This document shows positions 1 through 8,634 of a stretch of 35,039 nt of DNA, piece by piece. The stretch covers positions 1 through 35,039 of the forward strand of contig DAITPI010000001.1 in assembly GCA_036833655.1 (NCBI GenBank), given 5' to 3'. The position numbers and the translations under genes were made by a program. This DNA is from Anaerolineales bacterium. GTDB lineage: Bacteria; Chloroflexota; Anaerolineae; Anaerolineales; Villigracilaceae. The stretch's first letter is position 1; each line of letters begins with the position of its first letter. The notes under the pieces are model-generated. The model ran no database searches and was not told where the DNA came from. It saw only the letters and a program-made list of their open reading frames with translations.

Positions 1-55
1 CAAGCTGCTCCTCGGACTGGGTGATAAATGTGGGAGGGATGATTTTGGTGGTCAT
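1..55 (-). CDS. 5' end of a gene running off the left edge (MTTKIIPPTFITQSEEQL...), possibly the partner subunit of the heterodimeric ABC exporter
   Basis: ATG at 55-53 on the minus strand with a purine-rich upstream tract (GGAAGTAAAG), open to the window edge. Same orientation as, and downstream of, the degenerate-site ABC subunit at 639-2435. Only 18 codons are visible, so the product is inferred from context. Confidence 0.4.
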   Translation of the reverse strand, partial: MTTKIIPPTFITQSEEQL

Positions 56-64
56 CTTTACTTC

Positions 65-187
65 CGTCCTGAGCGGAGCGAGTGCACGTGGAGCGCAGTC
101 GAAGGACAGGTTTCATGCAAATTTCAATTTTCCTTGGCGTACGCGCTTCGACTACGAAACGGGAAAACGCCGTTTCTCCGCTCAGCG
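65..187. repeat. REP-like structured repeat, copy 1
   Basis: Nested inverted repeats: CTGAGCGGAG (69-78)/CTCCGCTCAG (176-185), AGTCGAAG (97-104)/CTTCGACT (146-153), GAAACGG (156-162)/CCGTTTC (170-176). Starts with CGTC. Positions 94-187 match 538-631 with 10 mismatches in 94 nt (manual count). Confidence 0.9.
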
Positions 188-193
188 AGGAGA

Positions 194-505
194 TTATTTC
201 TTATGCCGGTCTCTTTTCCTTCTTTCAGCCTTCACAACTTCGTGAACGCCATCAAGATCTCCGCGAATGAGCGCTTGCTTCTTTGCTCTACTCCAACCTT
301 TGATCTGTCGCTCCCATCGCAAGGCGTCGTAGTAATACTGCCTCTCTTCCGATACCCACACTAGCCTTACTGGGCGGCGGGAATAGGTGTATGAATGACG
401 CGCAACACCTTGTTCGTGTTGCCAAAGACGCTTATTCATATCGTCGGTACTGCCCGTGTAATACGAACCATCGGAGCACTCAAGGATATACACAACATAT
501 GGCAT
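194..505 (-). CDS. Small stand-alone GIY-YIG nuclease (YhbQ/UPF0213-like), 103 aa
   Basis: VYIL.C.DGSYYTGST...KRL.QH..G...YT..RRPV.LV...E......AL..E.QIKGWSRAKK pattern typical of this family. Confidence 0.9.
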   Translation of the reverse strand: MPYVVYILECSDGSYYTGSTDDMNKRLWQHEQGVARHSYTYSRRPVRLVWVSEERQYYYDALRWERQIKGWSRAKKQALIRGDLDGVHEVVKAERRKRDRHKK

Positions 506-519
506 GAGATTCTCAATCT

Positions 520-631
520 GTCCTGAGTGAAGCGAATCGCAGTCGAAGGGCAGGATTCATGCAAATTTCAGTCTTCCTTGTCAAACGCGCTTCGACTAGG
601 AAACGGGAAAACGCCGTTGCTCCGCTCGGCG
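520..631. repeat. REP-like structured repeat, copy 2 (direct orientation relative to copy 1)
   Basis: GTCCTGAG...CGCAGTCGAAGG...CTTCGACT..GAAACGGGAAAACGCCGTT.CTCCGCTC.GCG; about 89% identical to 94-187 over 94 nt. Confidence 0.9.
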
Positions 632-638
632 CGCGGGG

Positions 639-2435
639 CTACATCTCATCATGCTCCTTGACCTGGAGGATGTTCTCCTCCAAGGTCTCCATTTCTTCGG
701 CAAAGCCGGCATGGTCGATCAGCTGTAGATCGTAGATTTCCTTGTACAGACCGCCGCGCGCCAGCAGCTCCGCGTGGGTGCCTTGCTCGGCGATCCGACC
801 CTCGTCCATGACCAGAATCAGATCGGCGCGGCGGACGGTGCTGAGCCGGTGGGCGATCACAAAAGTCGTCCGTCCTTCCATGAGCGTATCCAGCGCCGCC
901 TGGATGAGCTTTTCGGTCTGCGTATCGACCGAGGAGGTCGAGTCATCCAGGATCAGGATACGCGGATCCATCAGCAGGGCGCGGGCGATCGCCACACGCT
1001 GGCGTTGCCCACCCGAGAGGGTTACGCCGCGCTCGCCCACCAGCGTATCGTAACCGTTGGTGAATCCTTCGATGAACTCATGCGCCTGTGCAGCTCTTGC
1101 AGCGGCGATGATCTCGTCCATGCTGGCGTCCGGGCGGCCGTACGCGATATTAGCCTGGATGGTATCCGAGAATAACAGGGACGTTTGCAGCACAATCCCG
1201 ATCTGCCTGCGCAGGGAGACCAGGTCCATCTGGCGCACGTCCACGCCATCGATCAGCACGCTGCCCTCCGTGACATCGTAAAAGCGCGGGATGAGGTTCA
1301 CGAGCGAGGTTTTTCCCGAGCCGGTCGGTCCAATGAGAGCCACGATCCGATTCGGTTCTACGCGTAGATCGATCTCGCTGAGGGAGGCGGTCCGTTCATC
1401 CTTGTATTTCAACCCGACCTGGCGAAACTCCACGGCGCCACGCAATGGATTGACCTTGACCGCGTCCGGCGGCGATTGAATGGCAGGCTCCACGTCCAGC
1501 ACTTCGAACACACGCTGCGCCCCGGCAACCGCCTCGCCGCCCGCGTTGACGAGCTGCGTCAATTGCTGCGCCGGTTCCGCCAGCATCAGGATATAGGCAT
1601 TGAACGCGACGATCGCGCCGATCGTCAGGGTGCCATCCATAACCATTTGGCCACCAAACCAGAGGATCAGGATGACGCTGATAGTCGTGAGCCAGCCCGT
1701 GGTCGGCATGATCTTGGACCACTCGTCGATCACGTGCACCCAGGTCTTGAAGACCTGTTTGTTGGCAGCTTCAAAACGATCGACCTCATACGGCTCGCGC
1801 GCAAAAGCGCGCACCACCTGCACCCCCACTACGTTCTCCTGCAAGCGGTTGGAAACTTCACCCACAGAATTATCCACCGCAAAGAACAGTTTTCCGATTT
1901 TCGTTCCAAAGCTGGAGGTCATGAGGGTCAAAGGAATCATGGGCAGGAGAGCAATCAACGCCAGCCGGGAATTGTCTGTCAGCATAATGGAAATAATGCC
2001 AATGGAAAGCAGGACAAAGCGAATCAGATCTGCAACCGCCCCGCCCGCGAAGCGCTCGATCGAACGCACATCTTCGATGCAGCGCGAGATCAGCTGTCCG
2101 CTCTGGGCATGATCGTGGTAGGTGAACGGCAGGTACTGGATATGGTCATACATGCGGTTGCGCAAGTCATAGCCAACGCGTGCCGCGATCCACTCTGAAA
2201 GGTACCGGTTGCCCAGGTTCAGGACCGCAGTACCGATACCCAGTCCCAGAAGGAGCAGGGCCGAACGAACCAAGAAGAGCGTTTGTCCGCGCGCCAGGCC
2301 ATCGTCGATCACAGAGCGAATGATGCGTGGCACGACCAGGTTCAGCCCCGTGAGGATGAGCAGGATCAACAGGGTCGCCAGGATCTGCCAGAGATAAGGT
2401 CTCAGAAAGACACGAGTTCGCAAGAGATGTTTCAT
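639..2435 (-). CDS. ABC exporter, fused permease/ATP-binding subunit (MsbA/TmrAB-like, degenerate-site subunit), ~598 aa
   Basis: N-terminal TM domain, Walker A GPTGSGKT, signature LSGGQRQR, Walker B ILDDSTSSVD (catalytic Glu replaced by Asp), H-loop IAHRLS. Start placed at ATG 2435 (MKHLLRT) rather than the TTG at 2459. Confidence 0.92.
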   Translation of the reverse strand: MKHLLRTRVFLRPYLWQILATLLILLILTGLNLVVPRIIRSVIDDGLARGQTLFLVRSALLLLGLGIGTAVLNLGNRYLSEWIAARVGYDLRNRMYDHIQYLPFTYHDHAQSGQLISRCIEDVRSIERFAGGAVADLIRFVLLSIGIISIMLTDNSRLALIALLPMIPLTLMTSSFGTKIGKLFFAVDNSVGEVSNRLQENVVGVQVVRAFAREPYEVDRFEAANKQVFKTWVHVIDEWSKIMPTTGWLTTISVILILWFGGQMVMDGTLTIGAIVAFNAYILMLAEPAQQLTQLVNAGGEAVAGAQRVFEVLDVEPAIQSPPDAVKVNPLRGAVEFRQVGLKYKDERTASLSEIDLRVEPNRIVALIGPTGSGKTSLVNLIPRFYDVTEGSVLIDGVDVRQMDLVSLRRQIGIVLQTSLLFSDTIQANIAYGRPDASMDEIIAAARAAQAHEFIEGFTNGYDTLVGERGVTLSGGQRQRVAIARALLMDPRILILDDSTSSVDTQTEKLIQAALDTLMEGRTTFVIAHRLSTVRRADLILVMDEGRIAEQGTHAELLARGGLYKEIYDLQLIDHAGFAEEMETLEENILQVKEHDEM

Positions 2436-2515
2436 AGCGGGATAAAAAGGATACCACAAGCGTAGCAGTCCTGGGGCGAAAACAAGACTCCCAAGAAACC
2501 TGTGATTTTCGTCAA

Positions 2516-2544
2516 TTGAAGTTCAGGTTGGTTCCTCCTATACT
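2516..2544 (+). promoter_or_regulatory. Putative sigma70-type promoter for panB
   Basis: TTGAAG (2516-2521), 17-nt spacer, TATACT (2539-2544); AGGAGG RBS precedes ATG 2580. Confidence 0.6.
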
Positions 2545-2579
2545 GAAATCGGTTCAAGGCTATTTTCACAGGAGGAACA

Positions 2580-3437
2580 ATGACCGAACCGCGAAAAAAG
2601 ATCACCCTGCCCTATTTGTTCAAAAAGGTCGCAGACAGCGAACCGATCACCTGGCTCACTTGCTACGATTACCCGACTGCCTACCTGCAGGAACAGGCTG
2701 GAATCGAGATGATATTAGTCGGTGACAGCCTTGGAATGACCATGCTCGGCTATGAGTCGACCCTGCCGGTCACCATGGACGATATGATCCGTCACTCACA
2801 GGCTGTGCGCCGCGGCGCTCCGACCGCGTTCATCATCGGAGACATGCCCTACATGAGCTACCAGCCTTCGGTGGAGACCGCGATCCGCAATGCCGGTCGA
2901 TTCATGGCGGAAGCCGGGATGGATGCCATCAAACTAGAGGGAGGCGCCTCCATGGCAGACCGCATCCGCGGTATCGTCGACTCGGGCATTCCGGCGATCG
3001 GACACCTCGGGCTCACGCCGCAATCCGTTTCGGCGTTAGGCGGATACAAAGTCCAGGGAAAAGACGCCGCTCTGGCGAAGAAAATCATCGACGATGCGAA
3101 GGCGCTGGAGAAAGCCGGGGCTTTCATGATCCTGCTCGAGATGGTCCCCGACCGGGTCTGCAAGATCATCACCGAACGGGCGGAGAACTGCATCATTATG
3201 AGCCTGGGTTCCGGTCCGCACGCCCACGGACAGCTTCTCATCTATCACGACATGTTTGGCTTATACCCGCGCTTCAAGCCAAAAATGGCAAAGGTCTTTG
3301 GCAACGCAGGCGAGGTGATCTTGAATGGACTTAAGTGCTATCACGATGAAGTCATCAACCATAATTTTCCTCAGAAGGAAAACTGGTTCGGGATGAAAGA
3401 CGAAGAATACGATGAATTGGTAAAGATGCTGGAATAA
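2580..3437 (+). CDS. panB: 3-methyl-2-oxobutanoate hydroxymethyltransferase (ketopantoate hydroxymethyltransferase)
   Basis: LTCYDY, ILVGDSLGM, GDMPYMSY, AIKLEGG, GHLGLTPQ, GQLLIYHD motifs of the PanB family; strong RBS. Confidence 0.93.
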   Translation: MTEPRKKITLPYLFKKVADSEPITWLTCYDYPTAYLQEQAGIEMILVGDSLGMTMLGYESTLPVTMDDMIRHSQAVRRGAPTAFIIGDMPYMSYQPSVETAIRNAGRFMAEAGMDAIKLEGGASMADRIRGIVDSGIPAIGHLGLTPQSVSALGGYKVQGKDAALAKKIIDDAKALEKAGAFMILLEMVPDRVCKIITERAENCIIMSLGSGPHAHGQLLIYHDMFGLYPRFKPKMAKVFGNAGEVILNGLKCYHDEVINHNFPQKENWFGMKDEEYDELVKMLE

Positions 3438-3441
3438 GGAG

Positions 3442-3479
3442 AACGACAAGTACACCGATCGGTGTACTTGTCGTTTTTT
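3442..3479 (+). terminator. Perfect 34-bp palindrome followed by a T tract; intrinsic terminator-like
   Basis: AACGACAAGTACACCGA|TCGGTGTACTTGTCGTT (3442-3475) then TTTT, directly after the panB stop. Confidence 0.75.
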
Positions 3480-3502
3480 GGCAATTCCATAAGGAGCACA
3501 CA

Positions 3503-4768
3503 ATGACAGACGATTTGCAGCAACTGCTCAAGATACCAATCGACAGGCTGGACGCCATCAATGAAGTTTTGTTGAACCCGGATACGAAAATCTTCAAGGC
3601 ATTTCTGGACGTTGTCAAGAAGTATGGCACGCCGGAAGAAATCAACCATAAAGCAGCCGAGGCACGCAAGCTGGAGAACCTGTATGCAAAGGTACAGGAA
3701 ACCGCCCCCGCGTACCTCCGGGATCTGGACTGGCTGACCGAGCAGGCACGAAGCGGACGATTTATCTCCGTTGCCGATTACAGGCGCAGGATCCTGGGGG
3801 AGGCCGCGCTGACACGCAGCTTTGCAGATGACTTTGCCGTCACGCTGGAAGTCTCAGCGCTTCAATACTTCCCATGGATCCGTGAGATGACGGAACGCGC
3901 TCTCGACGGTGGGAGCCTGATCCCCGGACGTTTCATCAAAGTACGTAAGATGAAAGAACAGGAGGCGGATGGAGACCTGCCTGCTATCGCAGCCGCCATG
4001 CAGATCATCGGTGCTTCCTACGTAGAAACATTGGACACCAAGGGAACCGATGGCTCTAACCCTCACCTGAACGGGCCCGAAACGATCACAGGCTATTTCG
4101 GCGGCATTGGCCAGCCGAATGAGCACGCTCTGCAATGGCTGGACGAATGCCTGTATTACTACACCAATTACGGTGTGAAATCGGTGCTGAACTTCAATGC
4201 AGGGACGATCTTGCTGGCATTCATGCTCTACAAGCTCGGCATCGATAATGAGTTCAAGATCTCTGTCTTCTTCGGCAGCGACAATCCCTACCACGCGTTC
4301 TGGATCATGCTGGCGGCCAAGCTGTTCAGCCGCGAAGATGGGACTTCTCCATTGATCGGCTTCAACTGGTCGAACTCGATTAACAACGAGACGATGGAGC
4401 TGACTGCCCAATTCAGGAAGCAGCTCGGCTTCGAAGACGTTGTGCGTTTTGAACACCACATCACAGAAACATGGAAATCCATTGTCCGGCAGCCCTACAA
4501 CCGCCGCGCGGAGTTGGTCCAGATCGCCGATCATGTTGCGAATATCTCTGCCAAACACGAAGGCGGCGACCCAGAAATCGAGCCCATGCTCGCTCACAAA
4601 TCCGATATCCTCGATTACTTCCGTGAAAAAAAGGAGGTCATTGAAAGCGGTGACTGGGAGGGCCTGAAAAAGAACTTCATGGAAAAGGTCGCAGCAGCCA
4701 ATCACACAGCCTGCAAACTTACCGAGAGCGGACTATCCTTTATCGCGGCACAGAACCTGCATAGGTAG
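3503..4768 (+). CDS. Hypothetical soluble protein, 421 aa, enzyme-like
   Basis: Long ORF with TAAGGAG RBS and no TM segment; no family motif that I recognise. Confidence 0.85.
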   Translation: MTDDLQQLLKIPIDRLDAINEVLLNPDTKIFKAFLDVVKKYGTPEEINHKAAEARKLENLYAKVQETAPAYLRDLDWLTEQARSGRFISVADYRRRILGEAALTRSFADDFAVTLEVSALQYFPWIREMTERALDGGSLIPGRFIKVRKMKEQEADGDLPAIAAAMQIIGASYVETLDTKGTDGSNPHLNGPETITGYFGGIGQPNEHALQWLDECLYYYTNYGVKSVLNFNAGTILLAFMLYKLGIDNEFKISVFFGSDNPYHAFWIMLAAKLFSREDGTSPLIGFNWSNSINNETMELTAQFRKQLGFEDVVRFEHHITETWKSIVRQPYNRRAELVQIADHVANISAKHEGGDPEIEPMLAHKSDILDYFREKKEVIESGDWEGLKKNFMEKVAAANHTACKLTESGLSFIAAQNLHR

Positions 4769-4800
4769 AATTCGCAAGTCCTGCAAGTTTCTGCCATTCT

Positions 4801-4848
4801 GATGGAGAAGGTCATCGATCATTCCATGACGTTCTCCATCTTCTTGTT
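4801..4848 (+). terminator. Stem-loop, possible terminator
   Basis: GATGGAGAA (4801-4809)/TTCTCCATC (4832-4840) with inner GTCAT/ATGAC stem, followed by TTCTTGTT. Confidence 0.5.
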
Positions 4849-4876
4849 CCACCGGAAATATTCAACTTATCTCGAA

Positions 4877-4885
4877 TGGTATAAT
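4877..4885 (+). promoter_or_regulatory. Extended -10 promoter element for sucCD
   Basis: TGGTATAAT (TGn-TATAAT) ending 35 nt upstream of the sucC ATG. Confidence 0.6.
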
Positions 4886-4920
4886 CCCGGTGTGTTCGAA
4901 ATCTTTCCTAGGGAAAAGGC

Positions 4921-6057
4921 ATGAAACTCCACGAGTATCAATCCAAGACGATTTTTGCAAAGTATGGAATTCCGATCCCCAAGGGACGGGTAGCGGCTAC
5001 CGCAGATGAAGCGAAGCACATCGCAGAGGAACTGGGTGGCCGCGTTGTTATTAAATCGCAGGTGCTGGTGGGCGGACGCGGTAAAGCGGGCGGTGTGAAG
5101 GTTGCCAGGGACCCCAAAGAGGCCGGTGAATTTGCCCAGCAGATCCTCACGATGCATATCAAAGGGCTGCCCGTCCGCAAGGTGCTCGTGGATGAAGCCG
5201 CAGCGATCGACCATGAAATCTATTTTTCGATCACAAACGACCGCGCCGCGAAAAAGCCGGTGATGATCGCGTCTGCCTCAGGCGGTGTAGACATCGAGGA
5301 AGTGGCAGCCACGACGCCGGAGAAAATCGTCAAGGTTCATATCGATCCCCTGCTTGGCTTGCGCGATTTCCAGTCGCGTGATATTGCGGCTTCGATCGAC
5401 CTGTCGCGCGAGCTATGGCGCGATTTCAGCAAAATCGCGGCGGGCCTGTGGCGCGCCTATCTCGAGAGCGATGCCACGCTGGCGGAGATCAATCCGCTTG
5501 TGATCACCAAGGACAAGCGTCTGGTCGCCCTGGATGGCAAGATGATCATCGACGATAACTCTCTCTTTCGCCACGCCGACCTGGCAGAGATCCGCGATGT
5601 GGATGAAGAAGCGCCCGCCGAGACCGAGGCGCGCCGGCACGGACTGTCCTTCATCAAGCTGGACGGAAACATCGGTTGCATGGTCAACGGCGCCGGGCTG
5701 GCGATGACCAGCATGGACATTGTCAAGCTGTTTGGCGGCGAGCCGGCTAACTTCCTGGATATCGGGGGTGGCGCTGGCGCCGAAAAAGTAGCAGCGGCAT
5801 TGCGCATCATCCTCTCGGACCCGAACGTCAAAGCCGTGCTGTTCAACATCTTTGGCGGCATTACGCGCGGCGATGAGGTGGCACGTGGCATCCTGGCAGC
5901 ACTGGATGAAGTCAAACCCACTGTGCCAATGGTCATCCGCCTGGTGGGGACGAACGCGGAGGAGGGTCGCAAATTGCTGGAGAACGCCAACATGATCACG
6001 GCAGAAACACTGGCAGATGCTGCAAAGAAAGCCGTGCAGGCGGCAAAGGGAAACTAA
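4921..6057 (+). CDS. sucC: Succinate--CoA ligase (ADP-forming) beta subunit
   Basis: [49 protein letters not shown] motifs. Confidence 0.96.
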   Translation: MKLHEYQSKTIFAKYGIPIPKGRVAATADEAKHIAEELGGRVVIKSQVLVGGRGKAGGVKVARDPKEAGEFAQQILTMHIKGLPVRKVLVDEAAAIDHEIYFSITNDRAAKKPVMIASASGGVDIEEVAATTPEKIVKVHIDPLLGLRDFQSRDIAASIDLSRELWRDFSKIAAGLWRAYLESDATLAEINPLVITKDKRLVALDGKMIIDDNSLFRHADLAEIRDVDEEAPAETEARRHGLSFIKLDGNIGCMVNGAGLAMTSMDIVKLFGGEPANFLDIGGGAGAEKVAAALRIILSDPNVKAVLFNIFGGITRGDEVARGILAALDEVKPTVPMVIRLVGTNAEEGRKLLENANMITAETLADAAKKAVQAAKGN

Positions 6058-6060
6058 CTC

Positions 6061-6924
<864 letters not shown>

Positions 6925-6931
6925 CAGACTC

Positions 6932-6973
6932 ATGTCATTACTTCGTCGCCTGAATAGCTTCTCGCAATGACAT
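6932..6973. repeat. Degenerate REP-like palindromic half-element
   Basis: ATGTCATT (6932-6939)/AATGACAT (6966-6973) enclosing TTACTTCGTCGC...CTCGCAATGAC, which resembles GTCATTGCGAG-type palindromic repeats. Confidence 0.45.
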
Positions 6974-6986
6974 AAGCCGATCAAAC

Positions 6987-7019
6987 ACGTAGAGCCGTCC
7001 TCGTCGGACGGCTCTACGT
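6987..7019. terminator. Perfect 14-bp stem hairpin between convergent sucD and acpP; probable bidirectional terminator, GTAG-REP-like
   Basis: ACGTAGAGCCGTCC-TCGTC-GGACGGCTCTACGT. Confidence 0.7.
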
Positions 7020-7052
7020 TATAATCACTACAACCCTTTCGGGCAAAAATGA

Positions 7053-7286
7053 CTACTTATGCGAGTCGATATACGTGACGGCGTCACCTACGGTCGTAAT
7101 CTTCTGCGCATCCTCGTCTGAGATCTCGGCGCCGAATTTGTCTTCGAAAGCCATGATGAGCTCAACCAGATCGAGAGAATCAGCCTCGAGTTCCTCGCGG
7201 AACCGGGCCTCGGGTGTGATTTTCGCTTCGTCTGCGCCGAGCAGATCTTTGATAATCGCCTTCACTTCCGTGTATGTGTCTGACAT
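7053..7286 (-). CDS. acpP: Acyl carrier protein
   Basis: 77 aa acidic protein with [11 protein letters not shown] phosphopantetheine-Ser motif; AGAAGGAGG RBS. Confidence 0.96.
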   Translation of the reverse strand: MSDTYTEVKAIIKDLLGADEAKITPEARFREELEADSLDLVELIMAFEDKFGAEISDEDAQKITTVGDAVTYIDSHK

Positions 7287-7385
7287 GACAGCCTCCTTCT
7301 AGGTTTCGACAGGCTCAACCCGTCGGGTTTTCCCGCTGCGCGGGCTCCCGTGAACAGCGCACGGGATTGTGGTGTAGTCGTGGCA

Positions 7386-7413
7386 ATTGTACACAGTCCA
7401 AAGACCATGTCAA
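7386..7413 (-). promoter_or_regulatory. Putative sigma70 promoter for acpP
   Basis: Minus strand TTGACA (7413-7408), 16-nt spacer, TACAAT (7391-7386). Confidence 0.65.
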
Positions 7414-7446
7414 GCCGTATTAACTCAATCACAGGAACACTACCCT

Positions 7447-8481
7447 ATGTCAAAAGTTGCGCCGATTGACCAGCGAAAAGCGGATCACATCAAGATCAAT
7501 CTCGAGAAGGATGTCCGCTCGGCATTGACCACCGGACTCGAAAGCTATCACTTCATCCATGAAGCGCTGCCCGAGCTCGATCTGAACCAGATCGATACCA
7601 GCCTCAGCCTGTTCGGCAAGCGATTGGCAGCGCCCATCCTGATCTCTTCCATGACCGGTGGAACGGCGGATGCTGAGTCGATCAACCTGCGTCTCGCCGA
7701 AGCCGCGCAAGAAGTAAACATCGCCATGGGGGTAGGAAGCCAGCGCGCCGCCCTGGAAGACCCCGGACAGGCAAGGACGTTCCAGGTAAGACGCGCTGCA
7801 CCCGATATCCTGCTGTTCGCCAATCTTGGCGCAGTCCAATTGAACTACGGATATGGTATAGACCAGTGCCGGAAGGCTGTGGATATGATCGAGGCAGACG
7901 CGCTGATCTTGCACTTGAACCCTTTACAGGAGGCAGTGCAGGACGCCGGAGATACGAACTTCGCTGCGCTGGGATCAAAGATCGAAGAGATCTGCAAGAG
8001 GCTGGAGGTTCCGGTGATTGCCAAGGAAGTTGGCTGGGGCATCTCAGAGAAGACCGCGCAACGGCTGGCGGATTGCGGTGTCGCGGCGATCGACGTGGCA
8101 GGTGCGGGTGGCACCAGTTGGTCCCAGGTAGAAATGTACCGCGCGCCCGACGAGTTCACGCGTGAGCTGGCTGCCACGTTCGTCGGCTGGGGGATCCCGA
8201 CCGTCGATTCCATTCTGAACGTCAAAAGAGCCACCTCGGGCGTCACGGTCTTCGCCAGTGGCGGCATCCGGGACGGGCTTGATATTGCTAAGTGCATAGC
8301 CCTCGGCGCCGCGTTAGGCGGCATGGCGGGCCAGTTCCTGAAGGCGGCTGCCATTTCCACCAAGAGCGCGGCCCACATGATGAAGTTGACAAAGAAGCAG
8401 ATCGAGGTGACAATGTTCGCAGCGGGTGCCAGGACAATGGAAGACCTCGACACCACCAGGCTCATGCACAAATCCTCATAG
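7447..8481 (+). CDS. fni: Type 2 isopentenyl-diphosphate delta-isomerase (FMN-dependent)
   Basis: [56 protein letters not shown] motifs; start placed at ATG 7447. Confidence 0.94.
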   Translation: MSKVAPIDQRKADHIKINLEKDVRSALTTGLESYHFIHEALPELDLNQIDTSLSLFGKRLAAPILISSMTGGTADAESINLRLAEAAQEVNIAMGVGSQRAALEDPGQARTFQVRRAAPDILLFANLGAVQLNYGYGIDQCRKAVDMIEADALILHLNPLQEAVQDAGDTNFAALGSKIEEICKRLEVPVIAKEVGWGISEKTAQRLADCGVAAIDVAGAGGTSWSQVEMYRAPDEFTRELAATFVGWGIPTVDSILNVKRATSGVTVFASGGIRDGLDIAKCIALGAALGGMAGQFLKAAAISTKSAAHMMKLTKKQIEVTMFAAGARTMEDLDTTRLMHKSS

Positions 8482-8634
8482 CCCCACGCCGCATCCTCCT
8501 TCACCCAAAAGTATCCTTGCTCCAGTATAGCCAGGCGGTGTATCATATCGTCTGAGAATCCTTATGGAACCGTAGCTGCCCTCAAAGTTGAATTTATTCT
8601 TGAAGTACCATGTTTGCTCAGGAGAGGAGAAATC

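Noticed and set aside
21..364. Short + strand ORFs across the left repeat
   Set aside because: They run through the palindromic repeat and antisense to the GIY-YIG gene, with no recognisable features.
65..631. CRISPR array or IS element
   Set aside because: Only two long repeats separated by a gene, no spacer periodicity or cas genes; no DDE/HUH transposase, terminal inverted repeats or target-site duplication.
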